NCBI GenBank assembly: GCA_016932385.1
Contig: JAFGCY010000096.1
Coordinates: 26,084 to 90,083 of the forward strand
Source: a bacterium
Lineage (GTDB): Bacteria; 4484-113; JAFGCY01
Reading direction: 5' to 3'
DNA: 64,000 nucleotides
Below are positions 1 through 9,620 of the stretch, one piece after another. A model generated the notes under the pieces. That model did no database searches, had not been told where the DNA came from, and was given only the letters and a program-made list of their open reading frames with translations. Position numbers and translations under genes: made by a program. The stretch's first letter is position 1; the number at the start of each line of letters is the position of its first letter.

Positions 1-926
1 ACGAGGCTCTTCTCACCGAAGTTCTTGAAGCTCATCAGCTGGTCCGCCGAGCATTCCGTCAGTTCGGCAACCGTTCGGATGTTGGCGTTGCGCAGGCAGT
101 TGGCCGCGCGCCCGGACAAGCCCAGTTCGTCGATGTGCATCGCCAGCTTGGCCTGCAACTCGGCATCCACGGGCTCCTCTTCCGGAACATAGCTCATCAT
201 GGAGCTTTGCTGATCGGTAATCCAGGTCAGATAGCGCTTTAACTCCGCCGATCCCTCGCCGAGAACGGCGTCCGGTGACTTGGTGCCGTCGGTCTCGATG
301 GTCAGCATCAGCTTCTCGAAGTCCGTCGCCGAGCCGACGCGGGTGTTGTCCACCGCGTAGGCGACCCGGTCGACCGGGCTGTAGTTGCAGTCCAGGGTAA
401 TCACGCCGATCGGCGCGTCTTTCCGCTTCAGTTCCGTCGCCATCCGGAAACCGCGGCCGCGGGTCACCGTCGCGACGATGTCCAGGCTGGCATCTTTGTT
501 GGTCAGGGTGCAGATCACCTGCTCCGGATTGAAGATCTCCACCTCCGGATTGCTCTGGAAATCCGCCGCCGTGACAACACGTTCGCCCTTGACGGACAGG
601 TGCAGCATCTGGCTGTGCTCGCGGCACAGCAGGTTCACCTTGATGCGCCGCAGGTTGAGCAACAGCTCAATGCTGTCTTCCAGTACGCCGTCGATGGCCA
701 TGTACTCATGTGGCAAGCCTTCGATCTTGACGTAGGTGATGCAGCAACCAACAATGCTGGAGAGGATCGTCCGCCTGATCGCATTGCCCAAGGTTGCGCC
801 AAATCCACGCGGCAGCGGTTCGATGGCGAAGGTGGCGCTGTTCTCGCCCTCTTCCTGCACCTTACGCATGCTGAGTAGATTAAAGGCCTCAGCGTTATCG
901 ATGAACCCGTTGGTCAGCAGTTCCAT
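1..926 (-). CDS. rpoA: DNA-directed RNA polymerase subunit alpha (3' end runs off the window)
   Basis: Not in the ORF track. Manual translation from ATG 926 gives MELLTNGF...FAIEPLPRGFGATLGNAIRRTILSS...HEYMAIDGVLED; position directly after rpsK. Confidence 0.97.
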   Translation of the reverse strand, partial: MELLTNGFIDNAEAFNLLSMRKVQEEGENSATFAIEPLPRGFGATLGNAIRRTILSSIVGCCITYVKIEGLPHEYMAIDGVLEDSIELLLNLRRIKVNLLCREHSQMLHLSVKGERVVTAADFQSNPEVEIFNPEQVICTLTNKDASLDIVATVTRGRGFRMATELKRKDAPIGVITLDCNYSPVDRVAYAVDNTRVGSATDFEKLMLTIETDGTKSPDAVLGEGSAELKRYLTWITDQQSSMMSYVPEEEPVDAELQAKLAMHIDELGLSGRAANCLRNANIRTVAELTECSADQLMSFKNFGEKSL

Positions 927-941
927 CTGTGTTCACCCCAC

Positions 942-1337
942 CTATACTCGGCGACGTCCACGCGGCCGGCAACCATTATGCGGAACCGGCGTCAAATCCT
1001 TGATCTTCTTGATACGCACGCCTAAATTGGCAATCGTCCGGATCGCCGCTTCCTTGCCGGATCCCGGACCGCGCGAAAATACGTGCACCTCCCGCAGACC
1101 GGCGTCCATCGCCCGGCGTACGGCGGTCTCGCAAGCAATACCCGCGGCATAGGCTGTGCCCTTCTTGGCTCCCTTGAATCCTCGTGCACCGGAACTGGAC
1201 CAGGCGAATACGTTGCCATCCTCATCGGTGACCGTCACGATCGTGTTGTTAAAGGTCGCCTGGATGAATACATTGCCGTACGGGATATTCTTCTTCTCTC
1301 GCCTGCGTCCACCACTGCGCTTTTGAGTCTTAGCCAC
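942..1337 (-). CDS. rpsK: 30S ribosomal protein S11
   Basis: [31 protein letters not shown] motifs. Confidence 0.99.
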   Translation of the reverse strand: MAKTQKRSGGRRREKKNIPYGNVFIQATFNNTIVTVTDEDGNVFAWSSSGARGFKGAKKGTAYAAGIACETAVRRAMDAGLREVHVFSRGPGSGKEAAIRTIANLGVRIKKIKDLTPVPHNGCRPRGRRRV

Positions 1338-1360
1338 TTCTCAGTCCTTAATCCTTGTTA

Positions 1361-1747
1361 CTACTTCTTACCCGGACGTTTCTTGCCGGCCACGGCCTGG
1401 CGACGCGGGCCCTTGCGCATCCGTGCATTCGTATGGGTCCGCTGCCCGCGGACCGGCAGGCTGCGCAAATGCCGCATCCCGCGATAGCACTTGATCTCCA
1501 CAAGGCGCTTGATATTCAGCGTAACTTCCTTGCGTAGATCGCCTTCCAGCAGCAGACCCATCTCGTGGATCGCTTCACGGATGGTGTTCTCCTGGTCGAC
1601 AGTCAAATCCTTGGTCTTAGTATTCCAATCAATGCCGCAGCGATTGAGGATCTTCTGGCTGGTTGAGCGACCGATGCCAAAGACGTACGTCAGCGCGATT
1701 TCAATGCGCTTGTTTGCGGGCAGCTCAACGCCTTCGATACGTGCCAT
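1361..1747 (-). CDS. rpsM: 30S ribosomal protein S13
   Basis: [32 protein letters not shown]. Confidence 0.99.
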   Translation of the reverse strand: MARIEGVELPANKRIEIALTYVFGIGRSTSQKILNRCGIDWNTKTKDLTVDQENTIREAIHEMGLLLEGDLRKEVTLNIKRLVEIKCYRGMRHLRSLPVRGQRTHTNARMRKGPRRQAVAGKKRPGKK

Positions 1748-1751
1748 GTGG

Positions 1752-1868
1752 TTAGCCCTGCCTTTGCTTCATCCGTGGATTCTTCTTGTTGATCACGTAC
1801 AGGCGGCCCTTGCGCCTGACGATCTGGCAATCTTTTGTGCGTTTTTTGATGGATGCCGATACTTTCAT
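1752..1868 (-). CDS. rpmJ: 50S ribosomal protein L36, zinc-free (C-) type
   Basis: Manual translation [38 protein letters not shown] (38 aa); canonical position before rpsM. Confidence 0.97.
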   Translation of the reverse strand: MKVSASIKKRTKDCQIVRRKGRLYVINKKNPRMKQRQG

Positions 1869-1871
1869 GTA

Positions 1872-2093
1872 CTACTCCAGCCGCCCCACGATCCTAGCCT
1901 TGGCCGCGCCAGCAGGCGCAATCTCACAACGCACGCGAGTGCCCGGCTCGATCACCGTGAAGCGAACTTTTATTTTAGCACTTATTTCTGCTAAGATGCA
2001 ATGCCCCCCAGGAATTTCCACGACAAACTTTCCCCCATCCGCAGTGGACTTTACGACTCCTTCCACCAACCGTAACTGACGTGCGCTTGTCAC
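1872..2093 (-). CDS. infA: Translation initiation factor IF-1-like protein, strongly diverged
   Basis: GTG 2093 overlaps the map stop (GTGA); 73 aa with IF-1 spacing (EGVV...KFVVEI..GH.ILAEISAKIK...PGTRV..EI.P....KARIV.R); canonical slot between map and rpmJ. Confidence 0.8.
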   Translation of the reverse strand: MTSARQLRLVEGVVKSTADGGKFVVEIPGGHCILAEISAKIKVRFTVIEPGTRVRCEIAPAGAAKARIVGRLE

Positions 2094-2902
2094 AAAGCGC
2101 CTCCCTGGAAGGCCTGGGCGGCCCGATCGTCGGTATGGTCGGTCAGGATGAATACCTCGCCATCCCACAGCGTAACCGTATGCTCGTAGTGGGCCGCCAG
2201 GCTGCCGTCCATCGTCTTGTAAGTCCATTCGTCCGCGGCCAGCAAAATCATCTCGCTGCCGGTAGTCGCCATCGGCTCGATCGCCAGGACACACCCGGCC
2301 CCCAGAACCGGGCCGCGCAGGCCGGTATCGAAATTGTAGATAGTCGGTTCTTCGTGCAGTTCGAAACCGACACCGTGCCCGGTCAGTTCGCGCACGATCC
2401 CCAGCTTGAACTCCTGCAGAACATTCTGGACCGCCCGACTGACTTCGCGCAGTCGCGACCCCTCGGCGACCGCGTCGATCCCGGCGTACAAGCTTTGCTC
2501 CGTGCCGCGGCATAGCCGGCTCTTCGCGTCGTTGCCTTGCTGGTCGTAAGCCGCTGCGCCCTGGGAGGTGACAATCCAGGACTTGGCGGTATCGGCAATC
2601 CGGTGCTTATAAGTCACCCCGAGATCGATGCTGACCAGGTCGTCTTCCTGGATGACACGTTCGCCGGGAATCCCATGCACGATCTCGTCATTGATGCTGA
2701 CGCAGACCGCGGCCGGGTATCCGCGGTAGCCCAGGAACGTCGGCTGGGCTTGATGCTGTTCAATAAACCTGCGCGCTGCCTGGTCCAGTTCGCCGGTCGT
2801 GACACCCGGCTTGATAATCTGGCGGAGTTCATCGTGCAACCGGCTGGCGATTTGGCCGCTTTGCCAGATCAGCGCAATATCTTCGTAGCTCTTCAGCTGC
2901 AT
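2090..2902 (-). CDS. map: Methionine aminopeptidase type I
   Basis: SINDEIVHGIP, DLG, GHGVG..LHEEP, IEPM, HYEHT metal-binding motifs. Confidence 0.98.
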   Translation of the reverse strand: MQLKSYEDIALIWQSGQIASRLHDELRQIIKPGVTTGELDQAARRFIEQHQAQPTFLGYRGYPAAVCVSINDEIVHGIPGERVIQEDDLVSIDLGVTYKHRIADTAKSWIVTSQGAAAYDQQGNDAKSRLCRGTEQSLYAGIDAVAEGSRLREVSRAVQNVLQEFKLGIVRELTGHGVGFELHEEPTIYNFDTGLRGPVLGAGCVLAIEPMATTGSEMILLAADEWTYKTMDGSLAAHYEHTVTLWDGEVFILTDHTDDRAAQAFQGGAL

Positions 2903-2912
2903 CCGCCCGACC

Positions 2913-3554
2913 TTAAACTCCCAGTAGCTCAGCTACGGCCCGGCTAACGTCTTCAATATCGTAGTCGCCGTCTATCGTGTGCAGCTTGCCGGCCTGGCGG
3001 TAATAATCCAGCACGGGCTTCGTTTCTTCCAGGTAAACCTTGAGACGCGTGCCGAAGACCTCTTCCGTGTCGTCCTTGCGCTGGGTGAGTTCCGCGCCGT
3101 CATTATCACAGATCCCGGCCTGCTTGGGCGGCTTGCTGATCAGGTTGTAGATCTCGCCGCACTTGGAACAGAAACGCCGGTTGACGATCCGCGCAAGCAG
3201 GTTGTCCTCGTCGATCTCCAGATACACCGCGTAGTCCAGGTCGTCGCCGTATTCTTTGAGCCCCTCGTCGAGGACTTCGGCCTGTGCCAGGTTGCGCGGA
3301 AAACCGTCGAACATGATCCGCTCTGCGTCGGCCTCGCGCAGGAACTTCAGGATCATTTCCTTGATGATCTCGATCGGTACCAGCTTGCCGGCATTGGTGA
3401 ACGAAGCGATGCGCTGGCCCAGTTCACTGCCGCTGGCGATTTCTGCGCGCAGGCGCGAACCGGTGTCGAAATGGAAAAAGCCATGGTTATCGTGCAAAAT
3501 GTCGGCTTGCGTCCCCTTGCCACTGCCTGGCGGGCCCAGAAATACGATAATCAC
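2913..3554 (-). CDS. adk: Adenylate kinase with zinc-type LID
   Basis: GTG 3554 with upstream AAGGAGG; GPPGSGKGTQA, DGFPR, LID CSKC...CDND. Confidence 0.97.
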   Translation of the reverse strand: MIIVFLGPPGSGKGTQADILHDNHGFFHFDTGSRLRAEIASGSELGQRIASFTNAGKLVPIEIIKEMILKFLREADAERIMFDGFPRNLAQAEVLDEGLKEYGDDLDYAVYLEIDEDNLLARIVNRRFCSKCGEIYNLISKPPKQAGICDNDGAELTQRKDDTEEVFGTRLKVYLEETKPVLDYYRQAGKLHTIDGDYDIEDVSRAVAELLGV

Positions 3555-3643
3555 CGTGCTGCCTCCTTTGCCAGTGCGTGCGCGCCTTCTCGCGTCGCCG
3601 CCGACCTCACAACCATCACCCCGCAATTGCGCGGTGGTAGCCC

Positions 3644-4957
3644 CTACTTCCCGAAGCCACTGTAATGGCGCATGATCATATGCGCCTGCATCTGCTGGAC
3701 TGTATCCAGCGCCACGCCCACCACGATCAGGAGGCTGGTGCCGCCGATCCAGAAGCTGTTGATCGTAACGTTTGTCATCGTCTGGACAACCATGTTGATG
3801 ACGACTGGCAGAATCGCCACTAGGCCGAGGAACGTCGCGCCAAACACGGTGACGCGATGCAGCACCTTGTCGAGGAACTCGAAAGTCTGCCGGCCGGGCC
3901 GCACACCGGGGATAAAGCCGTTGTTCTTCTTCAGGTTTTCCGCGATATCCTGCGTATTGAAAGTCACGGCCGTGTAGACGAACGTGAAGATGTACACCAA
4001 CAGGAACTGCACGATCAGATACCAGCCGGAATTCTGGAAATTGCTGATAAAGGCGTTGCCCTGCGCCACCCAATCCCAAGAACGCGGCAGCAGCTGGAAA
4101 AGCGTCTGCGGGACCATTAACACCGAGATTGCGAAGATAATCGGGATGACGCCGGCCTGGGTCAGCTTGATCGGCAGGAAAGTGCTCTGCCCGCCGTAAA
4201 TTTTACGGCCGATCTGCCGCCGCGCGTATTGCACCGGAATCCGCCGCACGCTGAGTTGTACGAAAACGATCGCTGTCGTCACGATCACGGCAAAGACCAA
4301 CAGCAGCAATAGCGCCACCATGCGCTGGTTCTGCAACTGCGCCGCGGACAGCTCTGACCAGATCGCCCCGGGAATACTGGCGACAATTCCCAGCGTAATA
4401 ATCAGCGACACACCGTTGCCAACACCTTTTTGGCTGATCTCGTCACCGAGCCACATTAAAAAGCACGTGCCGGCCGCCACGCTGAACAACGCGGTCATCG
4501 TCGGCAGGGTCAGCAGCTCCTGCGGGCTGCCGTAGAACATAACCATCATGCCGGCGCCCTGGAAGAATGCTAAGCCCAGCGCCAAATAGCGCGTCCACTT
4601 GCTGATCTTCTTCCGCCCTTCCTCGCCTTCCTGCTGGATCTCTTTAAGCTTTGGATCGACAGCGGTCATCAGCTGCATCATGATCGAGGCGTTGATATAG
4701 GGCATAATCCCCAGCGCCAAGATCGAAAATTGCTTCAACGCCCCGCCGGAAAAGAGGTCAATGAGATTGAAGATGCCGCCGCTACCCGCCGCGCTTTGGA
4801 AGAAGTTCCGCACCAGCGTCATGTCGATGCCCGGCGCTGGAATATGTGTGCAGAAAACGAAGATCAACAGCGCGTAAAGGACAAACTTCAGCCGCTTCTG
4901 CAGTTCCGGAACGTTCCAGGACTGGATCAGCGTTTGCGGGTTGGCACTCGCACTCAT
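3644..4957 (-). CDS. secY: Preprotein translocase subunit SecY
   Basis: FSILALGIMPYINASI, GVGNGVSLII, IPGVRPG, GGTSLLIVVGV. Confidence 0.99.
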   Translation of the reverse strand: MSASANPQTLIQSWNVPELQKRLKFVLYALLIFVFCTHIPAPGIDMTLVRNFFQSAAGSGGIFNLIDLFSGGALKQFSILALGIMPYINASIMMQLMTAVDPKLKEIQQEGEEGRKKISKWTRYLALGLAFFQGAGMMVMFYGSPQELLTLPTMTALFSVAAGTCFLMWLGDEISQKGVGNGVSLIITLGIVASIPGAIWSELSAAQLQNQRMVALLLLLVFAVIVTTAIVFVQLSVRRIPVQYARRQIGRKIYGGQSTFLPIKLTQAGVIPIIFAISVLMVPQTLFQLLPRSWDWVAQGNAFISNFQNSGWYLIVQFLLVYIFTFVYTAVTFNTQDIAENLKKNNGFIPGVRPGRQTFEFLDKVLHRVTVFGATFLGLVAILPVVINMVVQTMTNVTINSFWIGGTSLLIVVGVALDTVQQMQAHMIMRHYSGFGK

Positions 4958-5406
4958 TCCACTACCTCACATGTACCGCCTGCAGCTTCCACGCGGGCCT
5001 TGGCCTTGTGGCTGTAGGCATGCAGCTTGAAAGTCAGCTTCTTGTTGAATTCCCCGTCGCCGAGTAATTTTACGCGCAAGCCGCGCTTTTTCGACGGCAA
5101 CAGGCTATGCTCGTCCAGGAACGCCAGGTCGATGACAGTCCCGTCGGCAACCTCCGCCAGGTCACCCAAGTTAACCGCATAATAACGGATTTTGCGATGG
5201 TTCTTGAAACCGCTGAACTTGGCGAACTTGCGGATCGCCGGCGTGCGACCGCCCTCGAAACGCGGATGGATACTGCCGCCGCTCCGCGATTTTTGGCCGG
5301 TCTGGCCGCGTCCGGCGGTTTTACCACGCCCGCAGCCGACACCCCGGCCCCGCCGGCGACGCGGCTTCTCGTTGCTCGGATGAGTAAACTGTTCAAATAC
5401 CGGCAT
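4954..5406 (-). CDS. rplO: 50S ribosomal protein L15
   Basis: RRGRGVG.GRGKTAGRG..GQKSRSG, FEGG, KLLGDG. Confidence 0.98.
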   Translation of the reverse strand: MPVFEQFTHPSNEKPRRRRGRGVGCGRGKTAGRGQTGQKSRSGGSIHPRFEGGRTPAIRKFAKFSGFKNHRKIRYYAVNLGDLAEVADGTVIDLAFLDEHSLLPSKKRGLRVKLLGDGEFNKKLTFKLHAYSHKAKARVEAAGGTCEVVE

Positions 5407-5408
5407 GG

Positions 5409-6140
5409 CTAGACCTTATCCTCTTCGGTTTCCTCGGCGGGTGCGGCAATCTCAGCGTCCGCTGCAGCCCCGGCCGGCGCGGTCGTCTGCGCCGCAGCAT
5501 CGTCAGCCTTGGGCTTACTCAAACGATCCTCAGCCGCCCGCTTGGCCGCTTCTTCCTCGGCGGTAAACTCTTCGATGATCTCAGCGGCAGCGCTCTTCTG
5601 CTTCTCGGATGTGAACTTACCGTGCTTATCGACTTTTTCACCGCCCCTGAGCTTCTTGATCCGCTCGGGCGATTCGATCATCTTCAGCGCTTCGAAAGTC
5701 GCCCGCGCACAGTTGACCGGATTCGTCGAGCCGATGAACTTCGCGGTGACATCCTCATAGCCGGCCAGCGCCAGAATCGGCCGCGCACTGCCGCCGGCGA
5801 TAATGCCGTGTCCCTTGGCCGCCGGACGCAGCAGCAGCGTGCTGGAACAGAACACGCTCCTGACCTCGTAAGGGATGGTCGAGCCGGCCTTGTAGACATT
5901 GATCATGTTACGCTTGGCTTCGTCGACACCCTTCTTGATCGCGTCGACAACCTCGCCGGCCCGGCCGTAACCGAGACCGACGCGGGACAGGCCGTCGCCC
6001 ACCGCAACGAGAGCAGTGAAGTTGAATTTGCGTCCACCCTTGACCACCTTGGCCACCCGGTTGATGTGGATCACTTCTTCCTTAAACTCGCTTTCCTGCT
6101 CTTCGCGAATATTCCGGTTATCACGTCGCTGATAGCTCAT
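5409..6140 (-). CDS. rpsE: 30S ribosomal protein S5 with Ala/Glu-rich C-terminal extension
   Basis: INRVAKVVKGGRKFNF, GHGIIAGG, GSTNPVN. Confidence 0.98.
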   Translation of the reverse strand: MSYQRRDNRNIREEQESEFKEEVIHINRVAKVVKGGRKFNFTALVAVGDGLSRVGLGYGRAGEVVDAIKKGVDEAKRNMINVYKAGSTIPYEVRSVFCSSTLLLRPAAKGHGIIAGGSARPILALAGYEDVTAKFIGSTNPVNCARATFEALKMIESPERIKKLRGGEKVDKHGKFTSEKQKSAAAEIIEEFTAEEEAAKRAAEDRLSKPKADDAAAQTTAPAGAAADAEIAAPAEETEEDKV

Positions 6141-6149
6141 GTTGATCCC

Positions 6150-6518
6150 TTAAAACTCCAGTCCTGCTTCACGCGCCGCATCCGCGAGCGCCTTGACACA
6201 GCCATGGTACCGGCTGCCGCCGCGATCGAACACGACGGTCGTAATGCCGGCTTCCTTGGCCTTCGCGGCGATAGCCTTGCCGACCAGCGCGGCGACTTCG
6301 AGTTGCTTCTTGCCTTCGGCTTCTTTCTTCAGCGCATCCTGCAGGCTGTTGGCCGCGGCGACGGTTTTGCCGGCCACATCGTCGATCAGCTGCACATAGA
6401 TGTAACGGTTGCTGCGGAAGACCGCCAGGCGCGGCCTTTCCGCCGTGCCCGAGACATGCCTGCGCAGCCGCTTATGCCGCAGCATCATCATGGCGCGTCT
6501 GTTTTTTTCCATACCCAT
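6150..6518 (-). CDS. rplR: 50S ribosomal protein L18
   Basis: [28 protein letters not shown]. Confidence 0.98.
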   Translation of the reverse strand: MGMEKNRRAMMMLRHKRLRRHVSGTAERPRLAVFRSNRYIYVQLIDDVAGKTVAAANSLQDALKKEAEGKKQLEVAALVGKAIAAKAKEAGITTVVFDRGGSRYHGCVKALADAAREAGLEF

Positions 6519-6520
6519 CG

Positions 6521-7054
6521 CTACACTCCTGACTTGCCAGCTTTGCGCCGGATGAACTCGCCGACATAGTGGATGCCCTTACCCTTGTACGGCTCGACCG
6601 GCTTGGTGCCGCGGATCTGCGCGGCCATGAAACCGACCTTCTGCTTGTCGATACCGGCCACCTCGCAGCGGATACCCTTGATGTCCACCGAAATCCCCTC
6701 GGGAATCGGCAGCCTGACGGGATGGGAAAAGCCGACGTTGAGGACGACGTCCTTGCCCTGGACTTCCCACTTGTAACCCGTACCGGTCAGTTCGAGGTTC
6801 TTGGAAAAACCTTCGGTGACACCGACGACCAGGTTATTTACCAGCGCCCGGGCCAAGCCGTGGTCCGCGCGCTGCTGCGGCCGGTCACCGTCCCGCTTGA
6901 AGGTGATCACGCCGTCTTCGATCTGATACCGGACCGCCGGCGGAATCGTGCATTCCAGCTGGCCCTTGGGGCCTTTTACCGTGAATAGATTCTCCGCGGT
7001 ACTAACTTCCACGCCGGAAGGTATCTGTATTGGCTTGTTACCTACTCGTGACAT
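6521..7054 (-). CDS. rplF: 50S ribosomal protein L6
   Basis: [23 protein letters not shown]. Confidence 0.99.
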   Translation of the reverse strand: MSRVGNKPIQIPSGVEVSTAENLFTVKGPKGQLECTIPPAVRYQIEDGVITFKRDGDRPQQRADHGLARALVNNLVVGVTEGFSKNLELTGTGYKWEVQGKDVVLNVGFSHPVRLPIPEGISVDIKGIRCEVAGIDKQKVGFMAAQIRGTKPVEPYKGKGIHYVGEFIRRKAGKSGV

Positions 7055-7063
7055 TGCCTGCTC

Positions 7064-7483
7064 CTACCACACCTTGACCAGCAACTCGCCGCCAACATTG
7101 TGCTTGCGCGCTTCCCTGTCGGAAATCACGCCGCGGCTGGTCGACAGGATGCTGATACCGAAACCGCCACGCACCTTGGGCAACTCCCGCCGGCCGATGT
7201 AGACGCGGCGGCCCGGGCGCGAAATGCGCTCGAGCTGGCTCAACGGGCTGATCCGGTTGAGATCGTCAGCGTAGCGCAGTGTAACCTTGAGACGCTTGAA
7301 CTTGCTGCCGCTCTTGTTCTCGACCATGATCTCTTCCCAGCCATCGATAAAGCCCTCTTCGGACAGGATCCGGCAGATTTCGGCCTTCATCTTGCTGTAG
7401 GGAGCCTCAACCATACCTTTCTGCGAGCGGATACCGTTCCGCAGAATGGTTATGAAATCAGCGATAGGATCTGTTACGCTCAT
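7064..7483 (-). CDS. rpsH: 30S ribosomal protein S8
   Basis: TDPIAD, ISRPGRRVY, ILSTSRGV, GGELL..VW. Confidence 0.99.
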   Translation of the reverse strand: MSVTDPIADFITILRNGIRSQKGMVEAPYSKMKAEICRILSEEGFIDGWEEIMVENKSGSKFKRLKVTLRYADDLNRISPLSQLERISRPGRRVYIGRRELPKVRGGFGISILSTSRGVISDREARKHNVGGELLVKVW

Positions 7484-7505
7484 TGCTCCTGATCTCTCCT
7501 TGGTC

Positions 7506-7691
7506 CTACCACGAACTCTTTGTTACGCCGGGAATCTGCCCCTTGAGCGCGAGCTCGCGGAACATGTTGCGACACATGCGGAAATAGCGCATAAAGCCCC
7601 GGGGCCGTCCGGTCAGCTCACAGCGGTTGTGCTGCCGCGTGCTGAACTTCGGCTTCCGCTTCCATCGCTCTATCTTGCTCTTCTTAGCCAC
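7506..7691 (-). CDS. rpsN: 30S ribosomal protein S14, 61-aa form with only two of four zinc cysteines
   Basis: MAKKS...[11 protein letters not shown]...[22 protein letters not shown]; GTG start with GGAGG. Confidence 0.97.
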   Translation of the reverse strand: MAKKSKIERWKRKPKFSTRQHNRCELTGRPRGFMRYFRMCRNMFRELALKGQIPGVTKSSW

Positions 7692-7753
7692 ATTTCCTCC
7701 TGCGGTCTATCCCCAGACCATTCCGTGAAACTTATCTTTCACGGACACGCCCA

Positions 7754-8329
7754 CTAGGCCACCTTGGCCGTGCTGTCGTAATCGTTGAACGGCATGCCCA
7801 GCATCGCCAACAGGTGGGCGCCTTCAATATCGGTCTTGGCCGATGTCACGATCGTGATTTGCATTCCCTTCAGGAACGCGATTTCGTCGAATATGATTTC
7901 CGGGAACACCAACTGGTCTTTCATGCCCAGGTTGTAATTCCCGCGGCCGTCGAAATTCTTCACAGTGACGCCCTGGAAGTCGCGCACGCGCGGCAGAACT
8001 ACGTTCATCAGCTTGTCCAGGAAGTTCCACATAACGTGCTTGCGTAGTGTCACCATGCAGCCGATCTTCATTCCCTGGCGGATCTTGAAGTTGCTGATAG
8101 ACTTCCGCGCCTTGGTGACCACCGGCTTCTGGCCCGTGATGATTTCCACCGTCGATACGGCATTCTCCAGCGCCTTGGGATTGTCTCGCCCTTCGCCGAC
8201 GCCGATGTTGACGATCACCTTGGTGATGCGCGGGACCTCCATCAAGTTCTTGTAACCGCGCTCGGTCTTCAGCCGATCCCGGACGTCCTTCTCGTACCTT
8301 TCCTGCAGTCGACCTTTCTTCAGATGCAT
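7754..8329 (-). CDS. rplE: 50S ribosomal protein L5
   Basis: [31 protein letters not shown]. Confidence 0.99.
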   Translation of the reverse strand: MHLKKGRLQERYEKDVRDRLKTERGYKNLMEVPRITKVIVNIGVGEGRDNPKALENAVSTVEIITGQKPVVTKARKSISNFKIRQGMKIGCMVTLRKHVMWNFLDKLMNVVLPRVRDFQGVTVKNFDGRGNYNLGMKDQLVFPEIIFDEIAFLKGMQITIVTSAKTDIEGAHLLAMLGMPFNDYDSTAKVA

Positions 8330-8332
8330 TGC

Positions 8333-8692
8333 TTACTCCGAATCGATAAGCTGCCCGCTGACCTTTGCATAGCGGAGCGACTTACCCTTGACCTCTTTAC
8401 GCCCGACGCGCGTGGGGCGGTTCGTGCTTTTATCGACCACCATGACATTGCTGATATTCAGCGGCATGGCGACTGTAATAATTCCACCTTGCGGTTTCTT
8501 CTGCGAGGGCTTCTGATGCTTCTTGTATTCGTTGATGCCTTCGACGATGCACGTCGATTCCTTGACGTCCACGCTGACGACCTTGCCGCGGCGCCCTTTG
8601 TCTTTGCCGGCGATCACGAGCACTTCGTCGCCGCGCTTGACTTTCGCCTTCGGTACTTTGGTCTGGACCTTGCCTTGTATCTTCTTGGCCAT
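8333..8692 (-). CDS. rplX: 50S ribosomal protein L24
   Basis: KRGDEVLVIAGKDKG KOW motif, VEGIN. Confidence 0.98.
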   Translation of the reverse strand: MAKKIQGKVQTKVPKAKVKRGDEVLVIAGKDKGRRGKVVSVDVKESTCIVEGINEYKKHQKPSQKKPQGGIITVAMPLNISNVMVVDKSTNRPTRVGRKEVKGKSLRYAKVSGQLIDSE

Positions 8693-9063
8693 TAGAGCAC
8701 CTCCGGTGCCAGCGAGATAATCTTCATGAAGCCCTTTTCGCGCAACTCACGGGCAACGGGACCGAAGACACGCGTGCCGATCGGGTTGAATGACTCTTTG
8801 TCGATAATCACCGCGGCGTTGTCATCGAAGCGAACCATCGAACCATCGCGCCGCAGCATCGGGAACTTCTGCCGGACGATCACAGCCCGAACCAACTGGC
8901 CTTTCTTGGCCGTGCCGCGCGGCGTAGCCTGCTTGACCGTGCCGACGATGATGTCGCCAACGTTGGCGGTTTTCTTCCGGCTCCGGCCCAAGACGCGGAT
9001 GCACAGGAGCTCTTTGGCTCCCGTGTTATCCGCTACGACTACTCTAGTTTCCTGTGTAATCAT
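8692..9063 (-). CDS. rplN: 50S ribosomal protein L14
   Basis: [35 protein letters not shown]. Confidence 0.99.
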   Translation of the reverse strand: MITQETRVVVADNTGAKELLCIRVLGRSRKKTANVGDIIVGTVKQATPRGTAKKGQLVRAVIVRQKFPMLRRDGSMVRFDDNAAVIIDKESFNPIGTRVFGPVARELREKGFMKIISLAPEVL

Positions 9064-9126
9064 CTTTCACTCCGCTAATGCTGGAATTCGCTATCTGGCA
9101 CGCGACGGGCGTAAGCCCTCGCGCCG

Positions 9127-9381
9127 CTAGGCTCCTCCCGGGGCTTTGCGGATGATTTCCTTCAACACCCAGCACTTGTGCTTGGAGATCGGCCGCGATT
9201 CCTCGATCCGCACGAAATCACCTTCACCGGCGCTGTTCTCTTCGTCGTGCACCATGAACTTCTTGCGAATGCGCACGTACTTCTTGTACAGCGGGTGCTG
9301 CTTCATGCGGGTAACCTCGACCACGATTCCCTTCTGCATCTTGTCACTGACGACGATTCCGGTCTTCTGCTTGCGCGGCAT
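9127..9381 (-). CDS. rpsQ: 30S ribosomal protein S17
   Basis: [26 protein letters not shown]. Confidence 0.99.
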   Translation of the reverse strand: MPRKQKTGIVVSDKMQKGIVVEVTRMKQHPLYKKYVRIRKKFMVHDEENSAGEGDFVRIEESRPISKHKCWVLKEIIRKAPGGA

Positions 9382-9383
9382 CT

Positions 9384-9620
9384 CTACTTGGCCTCCCCGG
9401 CACTCGGCTTCTTAGCCATTTCCTTCTCGCGCATGATCGTCATCACCGCGGCCAGGCGGCGGCGACTCTCACGCAGCACACGGTAGTTCTCCAGCTTGCC
9501 CGAACTCCGCTGAAAGCGGCTGGTGAACATCGAAGCCTTCAGCTCCGCGATGCGATCTCTCAGTTCTTTGACCGAAAGGTCGCGCAGCTTCTCTTGTTTA
9601 ATCCACTTCGTAACGCTCAT
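9384..9620 (-). CDS. rpmC: 50S ribosomal protein L29
   Basis: ATG 9620 overlaps the rplP stop; LRDLSVKEL...RFQ..SGKLEN...[10 protein letters not shown]; synteny. Confidence 0.93.
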   Translation of the reverse strand: MSVTKWIKQEKLRDLSVKELRDRIAELKASMFTSRFQRSSGKLENYRVLRESRRRLAAVMTIMREKEMAKKPSAGEAK

